A stretch of 64,000 nt of DNA from an uncultured Adlercreutzia sp. (GCF_910589165.1 NZ_CAJUSP010000007.1), one strand, 5' to 3'. Positions 44,807 through 55,269 are shown, counted from the first letter of the stretch. Translations and numbers: made by a program. Notes: generated from the letters alone by a model not told the origin.

Positions 44807-46459
44807 CTATCGTGGCTCTTCGTTGTTCAGCAGCCGGTGGCGCGAGGCCATGATGCGCACGATGGTGTACACCCCCAACACGAAGGCGCCCAAATATCCC
44901 AGCACGCCCAGGAGGGGAACGCCCAGGAACTGCGGCTGCATGTTAGTGGTGCACAGGATGGAAGAGCCCAAAAACAGCCCCGCCGACAGCAGCGCCAGCG
45001 ACAGGCGCCCCACCGAGGCGTACACCGTGGCCAGCACCCGCGACGTCACATCGACGCTGCCGTTCACCTTGATCTGCCCGCGATCGATCATTTCCAGCGT
45101 GTGGGAAAGCTGCGTCGGCAGCTTCGCCATGGCCTCGGCCGACTCCGTGCCGGCAATGGCCAGGTTCACCAGACGCTGGGCGACGTTCTTCGGGTCGCCC
45201 TGCTGGGCGATCACGTGCTTCGACACAATTTCAATCACGCTAATATCGGGCGCGATCTGCGCAATGACCCCTTCGATGGTTACGAATCCGCGGGCGAGCA
45301 TCGTCACCGACGAGTTCGCCACCATGTTCTGGCTGCGCAGAAGCTCGATCACTTCGGTGAGCACGGCGCCCACGTTGATGTCGCGCAGCTCGGCGGTGCT
45401 GTATTCGGAAAGCAGGCGGGAAAGGTCGTCGAGCAACGCCCCGTGGTCAACCGGGCCCACTACGTGAACAAGCCCCGTCAGGGCCTCCATCAGCAGATAG
45501 GCACTGTTCGTGGCCACCGCCGTGAACGCCTTGCCCACGAGCATCCGCTCGGAGGCGGTAAGGCTGCCCACCATGCCCAGGTCAATCCACACGACGTCCC
45601 CGTCGCGCACGAGAATATTGCCCGGGTGCGGATCGGCGTGGAAGAACCCGTTGTCGAGCACCTGGGTCACGTAGCTTTGGCAGACGCGCCGCGCCAGCGC
45701 GGACACGTCCACGTCCTCAGCGCGCAGCTTGGCGGTGTCGGAGATTTCCACCCCCTGCACGAATTCCATGACGAGCACGGAATCGGTGGAGTACTGCGGA
45801 TAGGGCACCGGGGAGGTGACGCCCTGCTCATCGGCGATTTCCTTATGGAAGCGCACGAGGTTGGAAAGCTCGATGGTGAAGTTCACCTCGTTGGCCGTGG
45901 TGCGTTCGATTTCCTCCACGAAGCCCTCGAGGGACAGCAGAATGTCGCGGTGGGCGTTGCTCACGAGCTCGCCGGTGGCAATGAGGTGCTTCATGAGCAT
46001 GATGTCTTCGGCCATAGACTCGGCCACGCCCGGGCGGCGCACCTTCACAGCCACCACGGTGCCGTCGAGCAGCGTGGCCTTGTGCACCTGGGCGATAGAG
46101 GCGGCGCCGAGCGGTACGGGGTCGATAGAGGCGAACACCGTATGCCACGAGGCACCATAGGCTTTGTCGATCTGCTCGACCACCGTGGGGAACGGCATAG
46201 GGTCGGCGTCGTCGCGCAGCTTCTCGAAGGCGTCGCAGTAGGCCTTGGGCAAAAGGTCGGACCGGTTCGAGGCCAGCTGGCCGATTTTCACGTAGGTGGG
46301 GCCGAGGGCCTGCAGCACCTCCACGGCGCGTTCCGGCGTAAGGCCAGACAGCACGTGGTACTCGTGCATAATGTGCAGGATCTGGTTCATGCGCTTGTGC
46401 GATGTCTTGTCCTGCACGCTGATTTTCGCCAGCTTCATGAAGTCTTGGAACGTAGCCAT
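44807..46459 (-). CDS. ABC1/UbiB-family atypical kinase with C-terminal TM helices
   Basis: LGPTYVKIGQLASNRSDLLP, AAASIAQVHKA, FFHADPHPGNILV. Start ATG 46459. Confidence 0.9.
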   Translation of the reverse strand: MATFQDFMKLAKISVQDKTSHKRMNQILHIMHEYHVLSGLTPERAVEVLQALGPTYVKIGQLASNRSDLLPKAYCDAFEKLRDDADPMPFPTVVEQIDKAYGASWHTVFASIDPVPLGAASIAQVHKATLLDGTVVAVKVRRPGVAESMAEDIMLMKHLIATGELVSNAHRDILLSLEGFVEEIERTTANEVNFTIELSNLVRFHKEIADEQGVTSPVPYPQYSTDSVLVMEFVQGVEISDTAKLRAEDVDVSALARRVCQSYVTQVLDNGFFHADPHPGNILVRDGDVVWIDLGMVGSLTASERMLVGKAFTAVATNSAYLLMEALTGLVHVVGPVDHGALLDDLSRLLSEYSTAELRDINVGAVLTEVIELLRSQNMVANSSVTMLARGFVTIEGVIAQIAPDISVIEIVSKHVIAQQGDPKNVAQRLVNLAIAGTESAEAMAKLPTQLSHTLEMIDRGQIKVNGSVDVTSRVLATVYASVGRLSLALLSAGLFLGSSILCTTNMQPQFLGVPLLGVLGYLGAFVLGVYTIVRIMASRHRLLNNEEPR

Positions 46460-46816
46460 GGGGCGCGTCTCCTCTCGTCTCGCCCCATGGTACCGTGGGC
46501 AACGCCAAGGCGCCCCATCATCAATTGACCTGCCATCAACCCGTTTAACGGGCACCGTCCCACCACGCGCGTTCCCCTTGGCGCGCTGGGCGCAAGGCGC
46601 TGTGACGATTGCGTAAGGTTGGGGGCTTGTTGACTTTTGGGCACAACGTTTATGGCAAAATATGCGGATGTGCATTTGAACGAAGCTCGGCTAGCGGGCC
46701 TTCTGCGGCGCGCCGGCGGCACGGGAAAGCAAGCCCGGCCTCGGCAGCGAACGCAGGCAGCCGCAAGCCAGGCACACGGAAACGCAGCTTAAACACGCAA
46801 GAACAAGGAGAAGCAC

Positions 46817-47668
46817 ATGGGACTCCTCTCAAAATTCGAAGGCAAGATGGAAGACACCGTGGAGGGCGCCGCTGATCGCATGGGCGCCGTGCCGCTGTCT
46901 CCCGTGCAAATTGCCAAGAAGGCCGAGAAGCAGATGCGCCGCGAGAAAATGGTCGGCGCAGGCAAGCAGTACGCCCCCACGCTTTACACCGTGCTCGTAA
47001 ACGCCGACGACGACCGGCGCCTTTTGGGCTACTACCCCACGCTGGCCGGCGAAACCGAAACCTACCTGTCCGCGAAGGCCGCCGAGCAGGGGCTCGTCAT
47101 GGATGGCCAGCCGCTCGTGCGCTTCATCGTCGACGACGACCTGCGCCACGGCAAGTTCGACGTCATCGCCGAAATGGTGGCCTCGCCGCTCGTCGAGCAG
47201 CTGCGCCAGGAGGAATACGCCCGCTACGGCATCATGAACCCCGCCGGCTCGCGCATGGCGCCCGCGCCTGCTCCCGCGGCCGGCTACGGCTACGCGGCCC
47301 CCGCCCCGGCCCCGGCCGCCGCGCCCGGCTACGACATGGCCGACGAGTACGTGGAAGACGACTACTACGCCGACGACGAGCCGCGCCAGGCCTACATTTA
47401 CGACATCACCAACGACCGCGCCTTCACGCTGCCCGGCCAGGCCGAGACCATCGGGCGCGAGTCGAAGAACGACATCGTCATCCCCGACATCAACGTGTCC
47501 CGCGTCCACGCGGAAATCCGCCAAGACGAATCGGGCGCCTGGATCCTCACCGACCTGGGCTCCACCAACGGGACCTTCGTGAACGGCCGCCAGATTAAGT
47601 CGACGGCCCTGCACGACGCCGACCGCATCATCGTCGGCACCACCAACCTCGAGTTCCAGCTCATTTAG
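46817..47668 (+). CDS. fhaA: FhaA (DUF3662 + FHA domain)
   Basis: MGLLSKFEGKMEDTVEGA..., YAPTLYTVLV, C-terminal FHA (IGRESKNDIVIPDINVSRVHAEI...STNGTFVNG). Confidence 0.9.
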   Translation: MGLLSKFEGKMEDTVEGAADRMGAVPLSPVQIAKKAEKQMRREKMVGAGKQYAPTLYTVLVNADDDRRLLGYYPTLAGETETYLSAKAAEQGLVMDGQPLVRFIVDDDLRHGKFDVIAEMVASPLVEQLRQEEYARYGIMNPAGSRMAPAPAPAAGYGYAAPAPAPAAAPGYDMADEYVEDDYYADDEPRQAYIYDITNDRAFTLPGQAETIGRESKNDIVIPDINVSRVHAEIRQDESGAWILTDLGSTNGTFVNGRQIKSTALHDADRIIVGTTNLEFQLI

Positions 47669-47701
47669 CGCGCCCGCGCACCCGAGCTCTAGGAGGACAC
47701 G

Positions 47702-48115
47702 GTGATCGACCTCGTTCTGCTTATCGCGCGCCTGCTGTTTGTGGCGCTGCTGTATCTGTTTCTGTTCGCCATCATGCGCACGGGCATCGGCATGGTCAAA
47801 GGCTCCCGCAAGAAGGAGCGCGGCTGGACCGTGTCGGTGGAACGCGGCCCGAAAGAGCTGCGCGGCGTGTCCATTGCCGTGCACGGGCCGGTTATCGTGG
47901 GGCGCTCGCCGGGGGCTGACATTGTCATCGGCGCCGGCTACGTGTCGGGGCGCCACGCCCGCTTCCAGCTGATGGGCCAGAACCTGTTCGTGGAAGATTT
48001 GGGCTCGAAGAACGGCACCGCCGTGAACGGGCGCCCGGTCACCGAGCCGGTGGCGCTGCGCAATAAGGATCTCGTCACCATCGGCGACGTGGATATTCGA
48101 GTGAGGAACCAGTAA
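47702..48115 (+). CDS. fhaB: FhaB/FipA-like FHA-domain membrane protein
   Basis: N-terminal TM, C-terminal FHA (VGRSPGADIVIGAGYVSGRHARF...SKNGTAVNG). GTG start. Confidence 0.85.
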   Translation: MIDLVLLIARLLFVALLYLFLFAIMRTGIGMVKGSRKKERGWTVSVERGPKELRGVSIAVHGPVIVGRSPGADIVIGAGYVSGRHARFQLMGQNLFVEDLGSKNGTAVNGRPVTEPVALRNKDLVTIGDVDIRVRNQ

Positions 48116-49389
48116 TGGCGCGGGCAGGACGCAAGCGCTCGGGCGCCACCTTCGGCAGCCGCACCGATGTGGGCTGCGTGCGCGAGCACAATGAAGACTC
48201 GCTGGCCGTGGCGCCGCCGCTGTACGTGGTGTGCGACGGCATGGGCGGCCACGCGGCCGGGGAAGTGGCCTCGGAAATTGCTGTGAACGTTATCACCGAG
48301 CGGGCGCCGGACCACCCCGACGCCGCTGCGCTCGGCCAGGCGGTGGAAGAGGCGAACTTAGCCATCATCCGCGCCGCCAACGAGGGCGTGGGGCGCGCCG
48401 GCATGGGCTGCACCTGCACCGCCGCGCTGCTCGAGAAGGAGCGCCTGGTGCTGGCCCAGGTGGGCGATTCCCGAGCCTACCTGCTGCACAACGGCGAGAT
48501 GCAGCAACTCACCCGCGACCATTCCCTGGTGGCCGACCTTATTGAAGCTGGCCAGATCACCGAGGCCGAGGCCCGCGTGCATCCCCAGCGGTCGGTTATC
48601 ACCCGCGCCCTGGGATCTGACCCGCGCACCCAGCCCGATCTGTTCGAAATCAACGTGGAAACGGGCGATCGCCTGCTGCTGTGCTCCGACGGACTTTCCA
48701 CCATGCTGGAAGACGACCAAATCGCCAAAATCCTCGCCAGCAACCCGGACCCGCAGCGCTGCGCCGCCCAGCTGGTGAACGAGGCCGTGGCCCGCGGCGG
48801 CTACGACAACGTCACCGTCATCGTGGTGGACGTGACCGGCCTGGCCGTGGAACGCCAGCGCAAGATGACCCGCAAGAGCATTGCCACCGCCATCATGCTG
48901 GTGCTGCTGCTGGCGGCCATTCTGGCGGCCTGCGCCTACGGGTTCACCTACCTGTCGTCGAATTCCGCCTACCTGGTGGAACAAGACGGGAAGGTGGCCA
49001 TTTACCAGGGCGTTCCCGGCGATGTGTTCGGGCTTTCCGCCAACGAGCTGGTACGCGTCACCGACGTGGCGACCGACGACCTACAGCCCGGCACGGCGAA
49101 CCGCCTGCGCGACGAGGGCATTAAGGTAGAAGGCGTGGAAGCGGCCGAGAACCTGGTGGCTGAATACGAGAACGAAATTGCCGAGCGCAAGGCGGCCGAA
49201 GCCGAGGCCGCCGCGGCGGCTGCCGAAGCGAACAAGCCGGCCGACGAGGGCTCCGATAAGAACGCCACAACCCAGCCCGACGCCGGCGCGCCAAAGGATA
49301 CCGGCACCGCGACGAAGGATTCCTCTGCGGAAGGCTCCGCTGACGCAGCGGGCGCCGGACGCTCCACGGCCAACGACACGACGAGGTGA
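48115..49389 (+). CDS. pstP: PP2C-family Ser/Thr phosphatase with TM and extracytoplasmic tail
   Basis: RTDVGCVREHNEDS, VCDGMGGHAAGEVAS, LCSDGL, GGYDNVTVIVVD. TAATG overlap with fhaB. Confidence 0.9.
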   Translation: MARAGRKRSGATFGSRTDVGCVREHNEDSLAVAPPLYVVCDGMGGHAAGEVASEIAVNVITERAPDHPDAAALGQAVEEANLAIIRAANEGVGRAGMGCTCTAALLEKERLVLAQVGDSRAYLLHNGEMQQLTRDHSLVADLIEAGQITEAEARVHPQRSVITRALGSDPRTQPDLFEINVETGDRLLLCSDGLSTMLEDDQIAKILASNPDPQRCAAQLVNEAVARGGYDNVTVIVVDVTGLAVERQRKMTRKSIATAIMLVLLLAAILAACAYGFTYLSSNSAYLVEQDGKVAIYQGVPGDVFGLSANELVRVTDVATDDLQPGTANRLRDEGIKVEGVEAAENLVAEYENEIAERKAAEAEAAAAAAEANKPADEGSDKNATTQPDAGAPKDTGTATKDSSAEGSADAAGAGRSTANDTTR

Positions 49390-49393
49390 CCCG

Positions 49394-52192
49394 ATGACTC
49401 GGCGCAACATCGAGCTGCTGCTTCTGGTTATTGCCTCGCCCATTGTCATCGTGCTGTTCGCGATGTTGGTGGTTACCGGCGGCCAAGAGCTATCGTTTAC
49501 CACCCTGGGCGTGCCCCTGGGCATTTTCGCGGCGTTCATCGCGGCCCATATCGCCGTGCGTTTTCTGGCGCCAGCGGCCGACCCGGCCATTCTGCCCATC
49601 ACCTTCGCGCTTTCGGGCATTGGCATCGCGTTCGTCACGCGCATTCTGCCCGATAAGGCGGTCAACCAGCTGATCTGGCTGTTCTTGGCCGTGGGCGTCA
49701 TGATTGTGGTGCTGGCCGTGGTGCGCAACCTCGACAAGCTGGCGAACTACAAGTACACCCTCATGGTGCTGGGCATTCTGCTGCTGCTGGCGCCTATGCT
49801 GCCCGTCATCGGCTACGAATCCGGCGGCGGCCAGCTGTGGCTGAAGTTCGGCAGCTTCACTTTCCAGCCGGGCGAAATTGCGAAGATCCTCATTGTGTTC
49901 TTCATTGCGGCGTACCTGGCGGCCAACCGCGAAATGCTATCGGTGTTCACGTGGAAGGTGGGGCCTCTGTGGCTGCCGAGCCCGGCCACGCTGCTGCCCC
50001 TTATTGTCATGTGGGCGCTGGCCTTCGTAGTGGTCGTGCTGGAGAAGGACCTGGGCCTGGCCCTTGTGCTGTTCTCGGTGTTCGTCATCATGCTGTACGT
50101 GGCCACGGGCAAGAAGCTGTACCTGGTGGTGTCCATCGGGCTGGCGGCCATCGCGGCCGTGGCGCTCTACGGCATGATGGGCCACGTGCAGGCCCGCGTA
50201 GCCATTTGGCTCGACCCCTTCGCCGACGCCCAGGGGGCGGGCTTCCAGCTGGTGCAGTCCATCTACTCCATTGCCGACGGCGACCTGTTCGGCCAGGGCA
50301 TCGGGCGCGGCATGGGCGGCAACCCCATCGCCGAAGGCGGCATTCCCGTTGCGGAAAGCGACTTCATCTTCCCGGTTATCGCCGAGGAGACGGGCCTGCT
50401 CGGCGCGGCCGGCGTGCTGCTGCTGTACCTGTGCTTCGCCATTCGCGGCGTGGTGACGGCGGCACGGGCGAAATCCGACGTCAGCTCGTTCACCGCCGTA
50501 GGCCTGACCTCGATCATCGTGCTGCAGGCGTTCATCATCGTCGGCGGCGTGACGCGGCTCATTCCGCTGACGGGCATCACCCTGCCCTTCATCAGCCAGG
50601 GCGGTTCGTCGCTCATTGCCAGCTTCATTATCGTCGGCTGCCTGCTGCGCTGCGGCGACGAGGGCACCGGCGTCGGTTCGGAAATGCGCCAGACCGGGGC
50701 CATCGGCGCCCACGGGGCCCACGGCGCAACCGATTCCGTACTCGGGCGCGTGGCGCTGGGCCGTCGCCTGACGGGCACCATGATGATTTACTCCGTGCTG
50801 TTCGCGGTGCTGGTGGCGAACCTCACCTACCTTATGATCATCAAGGCACCGGAGTACCAGAACATGCCGGCCAACAACCACACCATGGTGCGCGAGGCCA
50901 AGATGGAACGGGGCACCATCTCCACCGTCGACGGCACGGTGCTCGCCCAGTCGGTGCGCCAAGACGACGGCTCCTACGTGCGCGAATACCCCGCCGGCAC
51001 CCTGGCGGCCCACGTGGTGGGCTACGCCTCCGAGCGCTTCGGTACCGCTGGCATCGAGGCGGCCTACAACGACACCCTGCGCGGCGAGCAGAACTTCGCC
51101 AGCTTCACCGACGTGGTGAATTCGCTGGCAGGCATTCAGGTGAAGGGCAACGACGTGGTGCTCACCATCGATTCCCGCATTCAGGAGGCGGCACAGAACG
51201 CGCTGGCCGGCCAGGTGGGCGCCGTGGTGGCCATGAACCCGGAAACCGGCGCCGTGTACGCCCTGGCCTCGTCGCCCACCTACGACGCCGCCGACTACGA
51301 GGCGCTGCTGACGGCGGCGGCCGAGGGCAATTCCGGCGACTCCTCCGAGCTGTTCAACCGCGCTACCCAGGCCCTGTACGCGCCGGGCTCCACCTTCAAG
51401 ATGGTCACCCTGGCCGCCGCGCTGCAGGACGGCATCGCCAAGGCCGATTCGGAATACGACTCGCCCGGCGAGATGGACATCGGCAACGCGCCGGTGACCA
51501 ACGTGAAGAAGCGCGACTACGGGAAAATTACGCTGGAGCAGGCCCTGTGGTACTCGTCGAACACGGTGTTCGGCCAGGTGGGCGTGCAGCTGGGGGCCGA
51601 TTTGCTGGTGAACATGGCCTGCAGTTTCGGCTTCAACGAGCAGCTTTCCTTCGACCTGCCGCTGGCCATGTCGCTTATGCCCGACCCCGCGGAAATGACC
51701 GAGTGGGAAACCGCTTGGGCCGCCTGCGGCGAGCCGGTGGGCGAGCACGAGAGCCCGGCCGGCCCCCAGGCCACGGTCATGCAGATGGCGCTTGTGGGCT
51801 GCGCTATCGCCAACGAGGGCGCGCTCATGCAGCCCTACCTGGTGGACGGCATTTACAACGCCAACGGCGAGCGCGGCTTCTCGCCCATTCCCGTGAAGCT
51901 GAAGCAGGCCATCGACGCGGCCACGGCCCAAGAGGAAATTGAGATCATGAAGGGCGTGGTCACCGAAGGCACCGGCGGGAAGGCCGCCATCGACGGCGTG
52001 GCTGTAGCCGGCAAGACCGGCACCCACGAGCGCGGCGACGGCGACGACGACAGCTGGTTCGTGGGCCTGGCGCCTGCCGACGACCCGAAGGTGGTGGTGG
52101 CCGTGGCCATCGAGCGCGGCGAATCGGGCGCGGGTGCCGCTGCCGCCCACGACGTTCTGGAAACAGCCCTCGAAGTGACTGGGGCGCTGTAG
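49394..52192 (+). CDS. Single-polypeptide fusion of a SEDS glycosyltransferase (RodA/FtsW) and a class B penicillin-binding protein (PbpA-like transpeptidase)
   Basis: N-terminal half: 10-TM SEDS with ESDFIFPVIAEE and PFISQGGSS. A linker and an extra TM follow. C-terminal half: PGSTFK (SxxK), YSSN (SxN), GKTGTH (KTG). No stop between the halves. Confidence 0.9.
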   Translation: MTRRNIELLLLVIASPIVIVLFAMLVVTGGQELSFTTLGVPLGIFAAFIAAHIAVRFLAPAADPAILPITFALSGIGIAFVTRILPDKAVNQLIWLFLAVGVMIVVLAVVRNLDKLANYKYTLMVLGILLLLAPMLPVIGYESGGGQLWLKFGSFTFQPGEIAKILIVFFIAAYLAANREMLSVFTWKVGPLWLPSPATLLPLIVMWALAFVVVVLEKDLGLALVLFSVFVIMLYVATGKKLYLVVSIGLAAIAAVALYGMMGHVQARVAIWLDPFADAQGAGFQLVQSIYSIADGDLFGQGIGRGMGGNPIAEGGIPVAESDFIFPVIAEETGLLGAAGVLLLYLCFAIRGVVTAARAKSDVSSFTAVGLTSIIVLQAFIIVGGVTRLIPLTGITLPFISQGGSSLIASFIIVGCLLRCGDEGTGVGSEMRQTGAIGAHGAHGATDSVLGRVALGRRLTGTMMIYSVLFAVLVANLTYLMIIKAPEYQNMPANNHTMVREAKMERGTISTVDGTVLAQSVRQDDGSYVREYPAGTLAAHVVGYASERFGTAGIEAAYNDTLRGEQNFASFTDVVNSLAGIQVKGNDVVLTIDSRIQEAAQNALAGQVGAVVAMNPETGAVYALASSPTYDAADYEALLTAAAEGNSGDSSELFNRATQALYAPGSTFKMVTLAAALQDGIAKADSEYDSPGEMDIGNAPVTNVKKRDYGKITLEQALWYSSNTVFGQVGVQLGADLLVNMACSFGFNEQLSFDLPLAMSLMPDPAEMTEWETAWAACGEPVGEHESPAGPQATVMQMALVGCAIANEGALMQPYLVDGIYNANGERGFSPIPVKLKQAIDAATAQEEIEIMKGVVTEGTGGKAAIDGVAVAGKTGTHERGDGDDDSWFVGLAPADDPKVVVAVAIERGESGAGAAAAHDVLETALEVTGAL

Positions 52193-52273
52193 TACAATGG
52201 CAAGACTCACGAGAGTTCGCAAAGAAACGAAACCGCAAACGCACTCGAACGCGGAACTTTAAGGAGTATCAAC

Positions 52274-54211
52274 GTGACCGGACAGGGAACTATGCAAGGC
52301 AAGACCTTCGGCGATCGCTACGAGATTAAAGATCGCATCGGCATCGGCGGCATGGCCGAGGTGTACCGCGCCCAGGACAACACGCTGGGCCGCGTGGTGG
52401 CCGTGAAGGTGATGCTGCCGCAATTCGCGGCCGATCCGCAGTTCACCCAGCGTTTCCGCCAGGAGGCGGCGGCTGCGGCGAACCTGCAGAGCCCCTACAT
52501 CGTGAACGTGTACGACTGGGGTCACGACGACGATACCTACTATATAGTGATGGAATTCGTGCGCGGGTCCGATTTGAAGACCGCCATCCAGCAGCGCGGC
52601 GCCATCAACCAGCGCAAGGCCGCGGAAATCGGCTCGCAGGTGTGCCAGGCGCTTACCGTGGCCCACAACCAGGACATCATCCACCGCGACATCAAGCCGC
52701 AGAACATCATGGTGCAGCCCGACGGCAACGTGAAGGTGATGGACTTCGGCATCGCCCGGGCGAAGAACTCCGTGAACGACAAGACGTCGGCCGTGCTGGG
52801 CACCGCGCACTACATTTCGCCGGAACAGGCCCAGGGCAAGGACCTTACGGCCGCCAGCGACATTTACTCGCTCGGCGTGGTGCTGTACGAGGCCACCACC
52901 GGCAAGCTGCCCTTCGACGGGCCCGACGCGGTGTCGGTGGCCATGCAGCAGGTGAAGGACGATCCGGTGCCGCCTTCGGCCATCAACCCGTCCATCGACC
53001 CCGACCTTGAGGACATCATCATGGTGGCCCTCGCGAAGGATCCGGCGGCCCGCTTCGCCACGGCCAACGACATGCGCGTGGCCCTTATGGACTACCTGGC
53101 CGGGCGCCCCGTGACGCTGCCCGCCGGGGTTATGGGCTCGTCGTTCACCGAGGCGCAGACCCGCATGATGGGCGCCGTGGGCGCGCCGGGGCAGACGCCG
53201 GGCATCGCCAGCACCCAGGTGATGCCGACGGTGGCCGGTGCGGGCATGGGCGCCGTGTCGCCGGGCGCCACGGGCACCTTCCAGCCCACCGACTTCCGCG
53301 CGGCGAACACGAAGAAGAGCAAGAAACCCGTTATTGTGGCCCTGGTGGCCGTGCTGTGCGTGGCGCTTATTGCCGGCATCGCCTTCGCGGTGGTGGGCGG
53401 CATGGGCGCGGGCGCGGCCGACGACGAGCCCATCGATGTGCCCAGCGTAGTGGGCCAGACCCAGGAAGAGGCATCGTTCACCCTGGAGCAAGCTGGTTTC
53501 AAGGTAACCGTGGTCACCGAGGAAAGCGATTCCGAGGAAGAAGGCACGGTTCTCAGCCAGGACCCGGCCGGCGGTACCAAGCAGCCCAAGGGCACCAGCA
53601 TCACGCTGACCGTGGCCGTGGGGCCCGACACTGTGGAGGTGCCGAACTTCAAGAACATGACCCTTGACGAGGCGAAGAGCGAGGCCGCGGGGCTGGGTCT
53701 GAAGGTGGTGGAGTCCGAAAGCAAGTACTCGGAAGACGTGGATGCCGGCAAGATTCTCTCGCAGAACTACCAGGCCGGCGAGGCCGTAGCGCCCGGCACC
53801 ACCATCGAGGTGGTTACCTCGCGCGGCAGCGAGACCACGACGGTGCCCAATGTCATCGGCATGACCGAGGACGAGGCCTACGACGCGCTGCAGGAGGCCG
53901 GCTTCGGCGTGAACGTGAAGGCCCGCGAGTACAGCGACAAGCAGAAGGAAGGCCGCGTCATTCGCCAGGACCCGCTGAACGACAAGGTGAAGCCGGGCTC
54001 CACGGTGGACATCACCATTTCGAAGGGCCCCGAGCCTGAGCCCGAGCCGGAAGAGCCGGAAGAGCCCACCAATCCGGGCACGACGAACCCCGGCACTACC
54101 AACCCGGGCACGACTGACCCGGGCACCGGCGGCGACGGCTCGACCACCGACCCGGGCACGACCGACCCCGGCACCGGCGACGGCGGCGACACCACGACCC
54201 AGGCGGCCTAA
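52274..54211 (+). CDS. pknB: Ser/Thr protein kinase PknB with three PASTA domains and a PGTT(N/D) repeat tail
   Basis: GIGGMAEVYRA, HRDIKPQN, DFGIA, one TM, three PASTA repeats. GTG 52274 follows AAGGAG. Confidence 0.95.
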   Translation: MTGQGTMQGKTFGDRYEIKDRIGIGGMAEVYRAQDNTLGRVVAVKVMLPQFAADPQFTQRFRQEAAAAANLQSPYIVNVYDWGHDDDTYYIVMEFVRGSDLKTAIQQRGAINQRKAAEIGSQVCQALTVAHNQDIIHRDIKPQNIMVQPDGNVKVMDFGIARAKNSVNDKTSAVLGTAHYISPEQAQGKDLTAASDIYSLGVVLYEATTGKLPFDGPDAVSVAMQQVKDDPVPPSAINPSIDPDLEDIIMVALAKDPAARFATANDMRVALMDYLAGRPVTLPAGVMGSSFTEAQTRMMGAVGAPGQTPGIASTQVMPTVAGAGMGAVSPGATGTFQPTDFRAANTKKSKKPVIVALVAVLCVALIAGIAFAVVGGMGAGAADDEPIDVPSVVGQTQEEASFTLEQAGFKVTVVTEESDSEEEGTVLSQDPAGGTKQPKGTSITLTVAVGPDTVEVPNFKNMTLDEAKSEAAGLGLKVVESESKYSEDVDAGKILSQNYQAGEAVAPGTTIEVVTSRGSETTTVPNVIGMTEDEAYDALQEAGFGVNVKAREYSDKQKEGRVIRQDPLNDKVKPGSTVDITISKGPEPEPEPEEPEEPTNPGTTNPGTTNPGTTDPGTGGDGSTTDPGTTDPGTGDGGDTTTQAA

Positions 54212-54327
54212 CCCTCAACCACGCAGCGCGAGACAGTGCCGAGTCACCTTCTCACCCTTCTGCAACAATCCCGTGAAGACGGGCGGCTCCCTCCCCTGCG
54301 GGCGGGAGCCGCTTCTATAATGGGGGC

Positions 54328-55218
54328 ATGCCCAACCTCTTCGACATATTCGACAAGTTCGTGCACGCCGACTGGTTCAACACCTTCCTCGGCGTTGTTA
54401 TCATCTGCGCCATCACCTTCGTGATCTGCCGCATCGCGGTCACGTTTATGCGCCGCATCCTGAACAAGACCACGCTACTGCCGACGAGCTCCATCTTCAT
54501 CAACCTCGTGCGCGCCATTGTGTGGATCATCGGCATCTGCGCTGTGCTGGCCATCTGCTTCAACGTGAACATTAACGGCATGATCGCTGGCCTGGGCGTT
54601 GTTGGTATCGCCGTGTCGCTGGGCTTTCAGGACACGCTTTCAAATTTGCTGGGCGGCCTGCAGGTAAGCCTGTCGCGCAGCGTGGAGCCGGGCGACAACA
54701 TCAAAATGGGCTCGAGCGGCGTCACCGGCGTGGTGCAGGACGTCACCTGGCGCTATACCGAAATCATCGACAGCTCGGGCAACCACATTACCATCCCGAA
54801 CTCGCTTATGACCTCGACGGCCGTGATGAAGCTGTCGCCGCTGAACAGCATCTCTATCCCCCTGGTGGTGACCACCAACAGCGAGCGGCTCACCACCACC
54901 GCGCACCACATTGAAGACGCCGCCGAGAAGGCCGTGTCACGCGTAAGCAAGCTGAAGAAGCACCCGTCGGTGTCGTTCAGCTCCATCGGCGAGCACGGCT
55001 TCCAAGGCTCCCTGAGCTTCACCATAGCCGATGCCGACAAGGCCTCAAGCGCCGTAGATGCCGCCATCCGCGCCGTGGCCCCCTACGTGCACAACCACCT
55101 GGTGGAAGAAGAAATGAGCAACCTGAGCGAAGGCCAGCTGCCCGCCCTCTCCCCCGACACCACCGGCACCCTCATCCCCGTTCCCGAAAAAGAAAGCGAG
55201 CCCGAGAAATCCGCCTAA
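54328..55218 (+). CDS. MscS-family mechanosensitive channel
   Basis: 3 TM, then GVVGIAVSLGFQDTLSNLLGGLQVSL...GDNIKMGSSGVTGVVQDVTWRYTEI. Confidence 0.85.
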   Translation: MPNLFDIFDKFVHADWFNTFLGVVIICAITFVICRIAVTFMRRILNKTTLLPTSSIFINLVRAIVWIIGICAVLAICFNVNINGMIAGLGVVGIAVSLGFQDTLSNLLGGLQVSLSRSVEPGDNIKMGSSGVTGVVQDVTWRYTEIIDSSGNHITIPNSLMTSTAVMKLSPLNSISIPLVVTTNSERLTTTAHHIEDAAEKAVSRVSKLKKHPSVSFSSIGEHGFQGSLSFTIADADKASSAVDAAIRAVAPYVHNHLVEEEMSNLSEGQLPALSPDTTGTLIPVPEKESEPEKSA

Positions 55219-55232
55219 CTTCTTGGAGGTGA

Positions 55233-55269
55233 ACGAGGGCGGCGGCCGGCGGCCGGCGGCCGCCCTCGT
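55233..55269. terminator. GC-rich hairpin between convergent mscS and antitoxin genes
   Basis: ACGAGGGCGGC...GCCGCCCTCGT. Confidence 0.6.

Noticed and set aside
49178-49393. Upstream extension of the RodA-PBP ORF
   Set aside because: It overlaps the 3' end of pstP in another frame and is Pro/Arg-rich. ATG 49394, 4 nt after the pstP stop, gives the expected SEDS N-terminus (MTRRNIELLLLVIASP).
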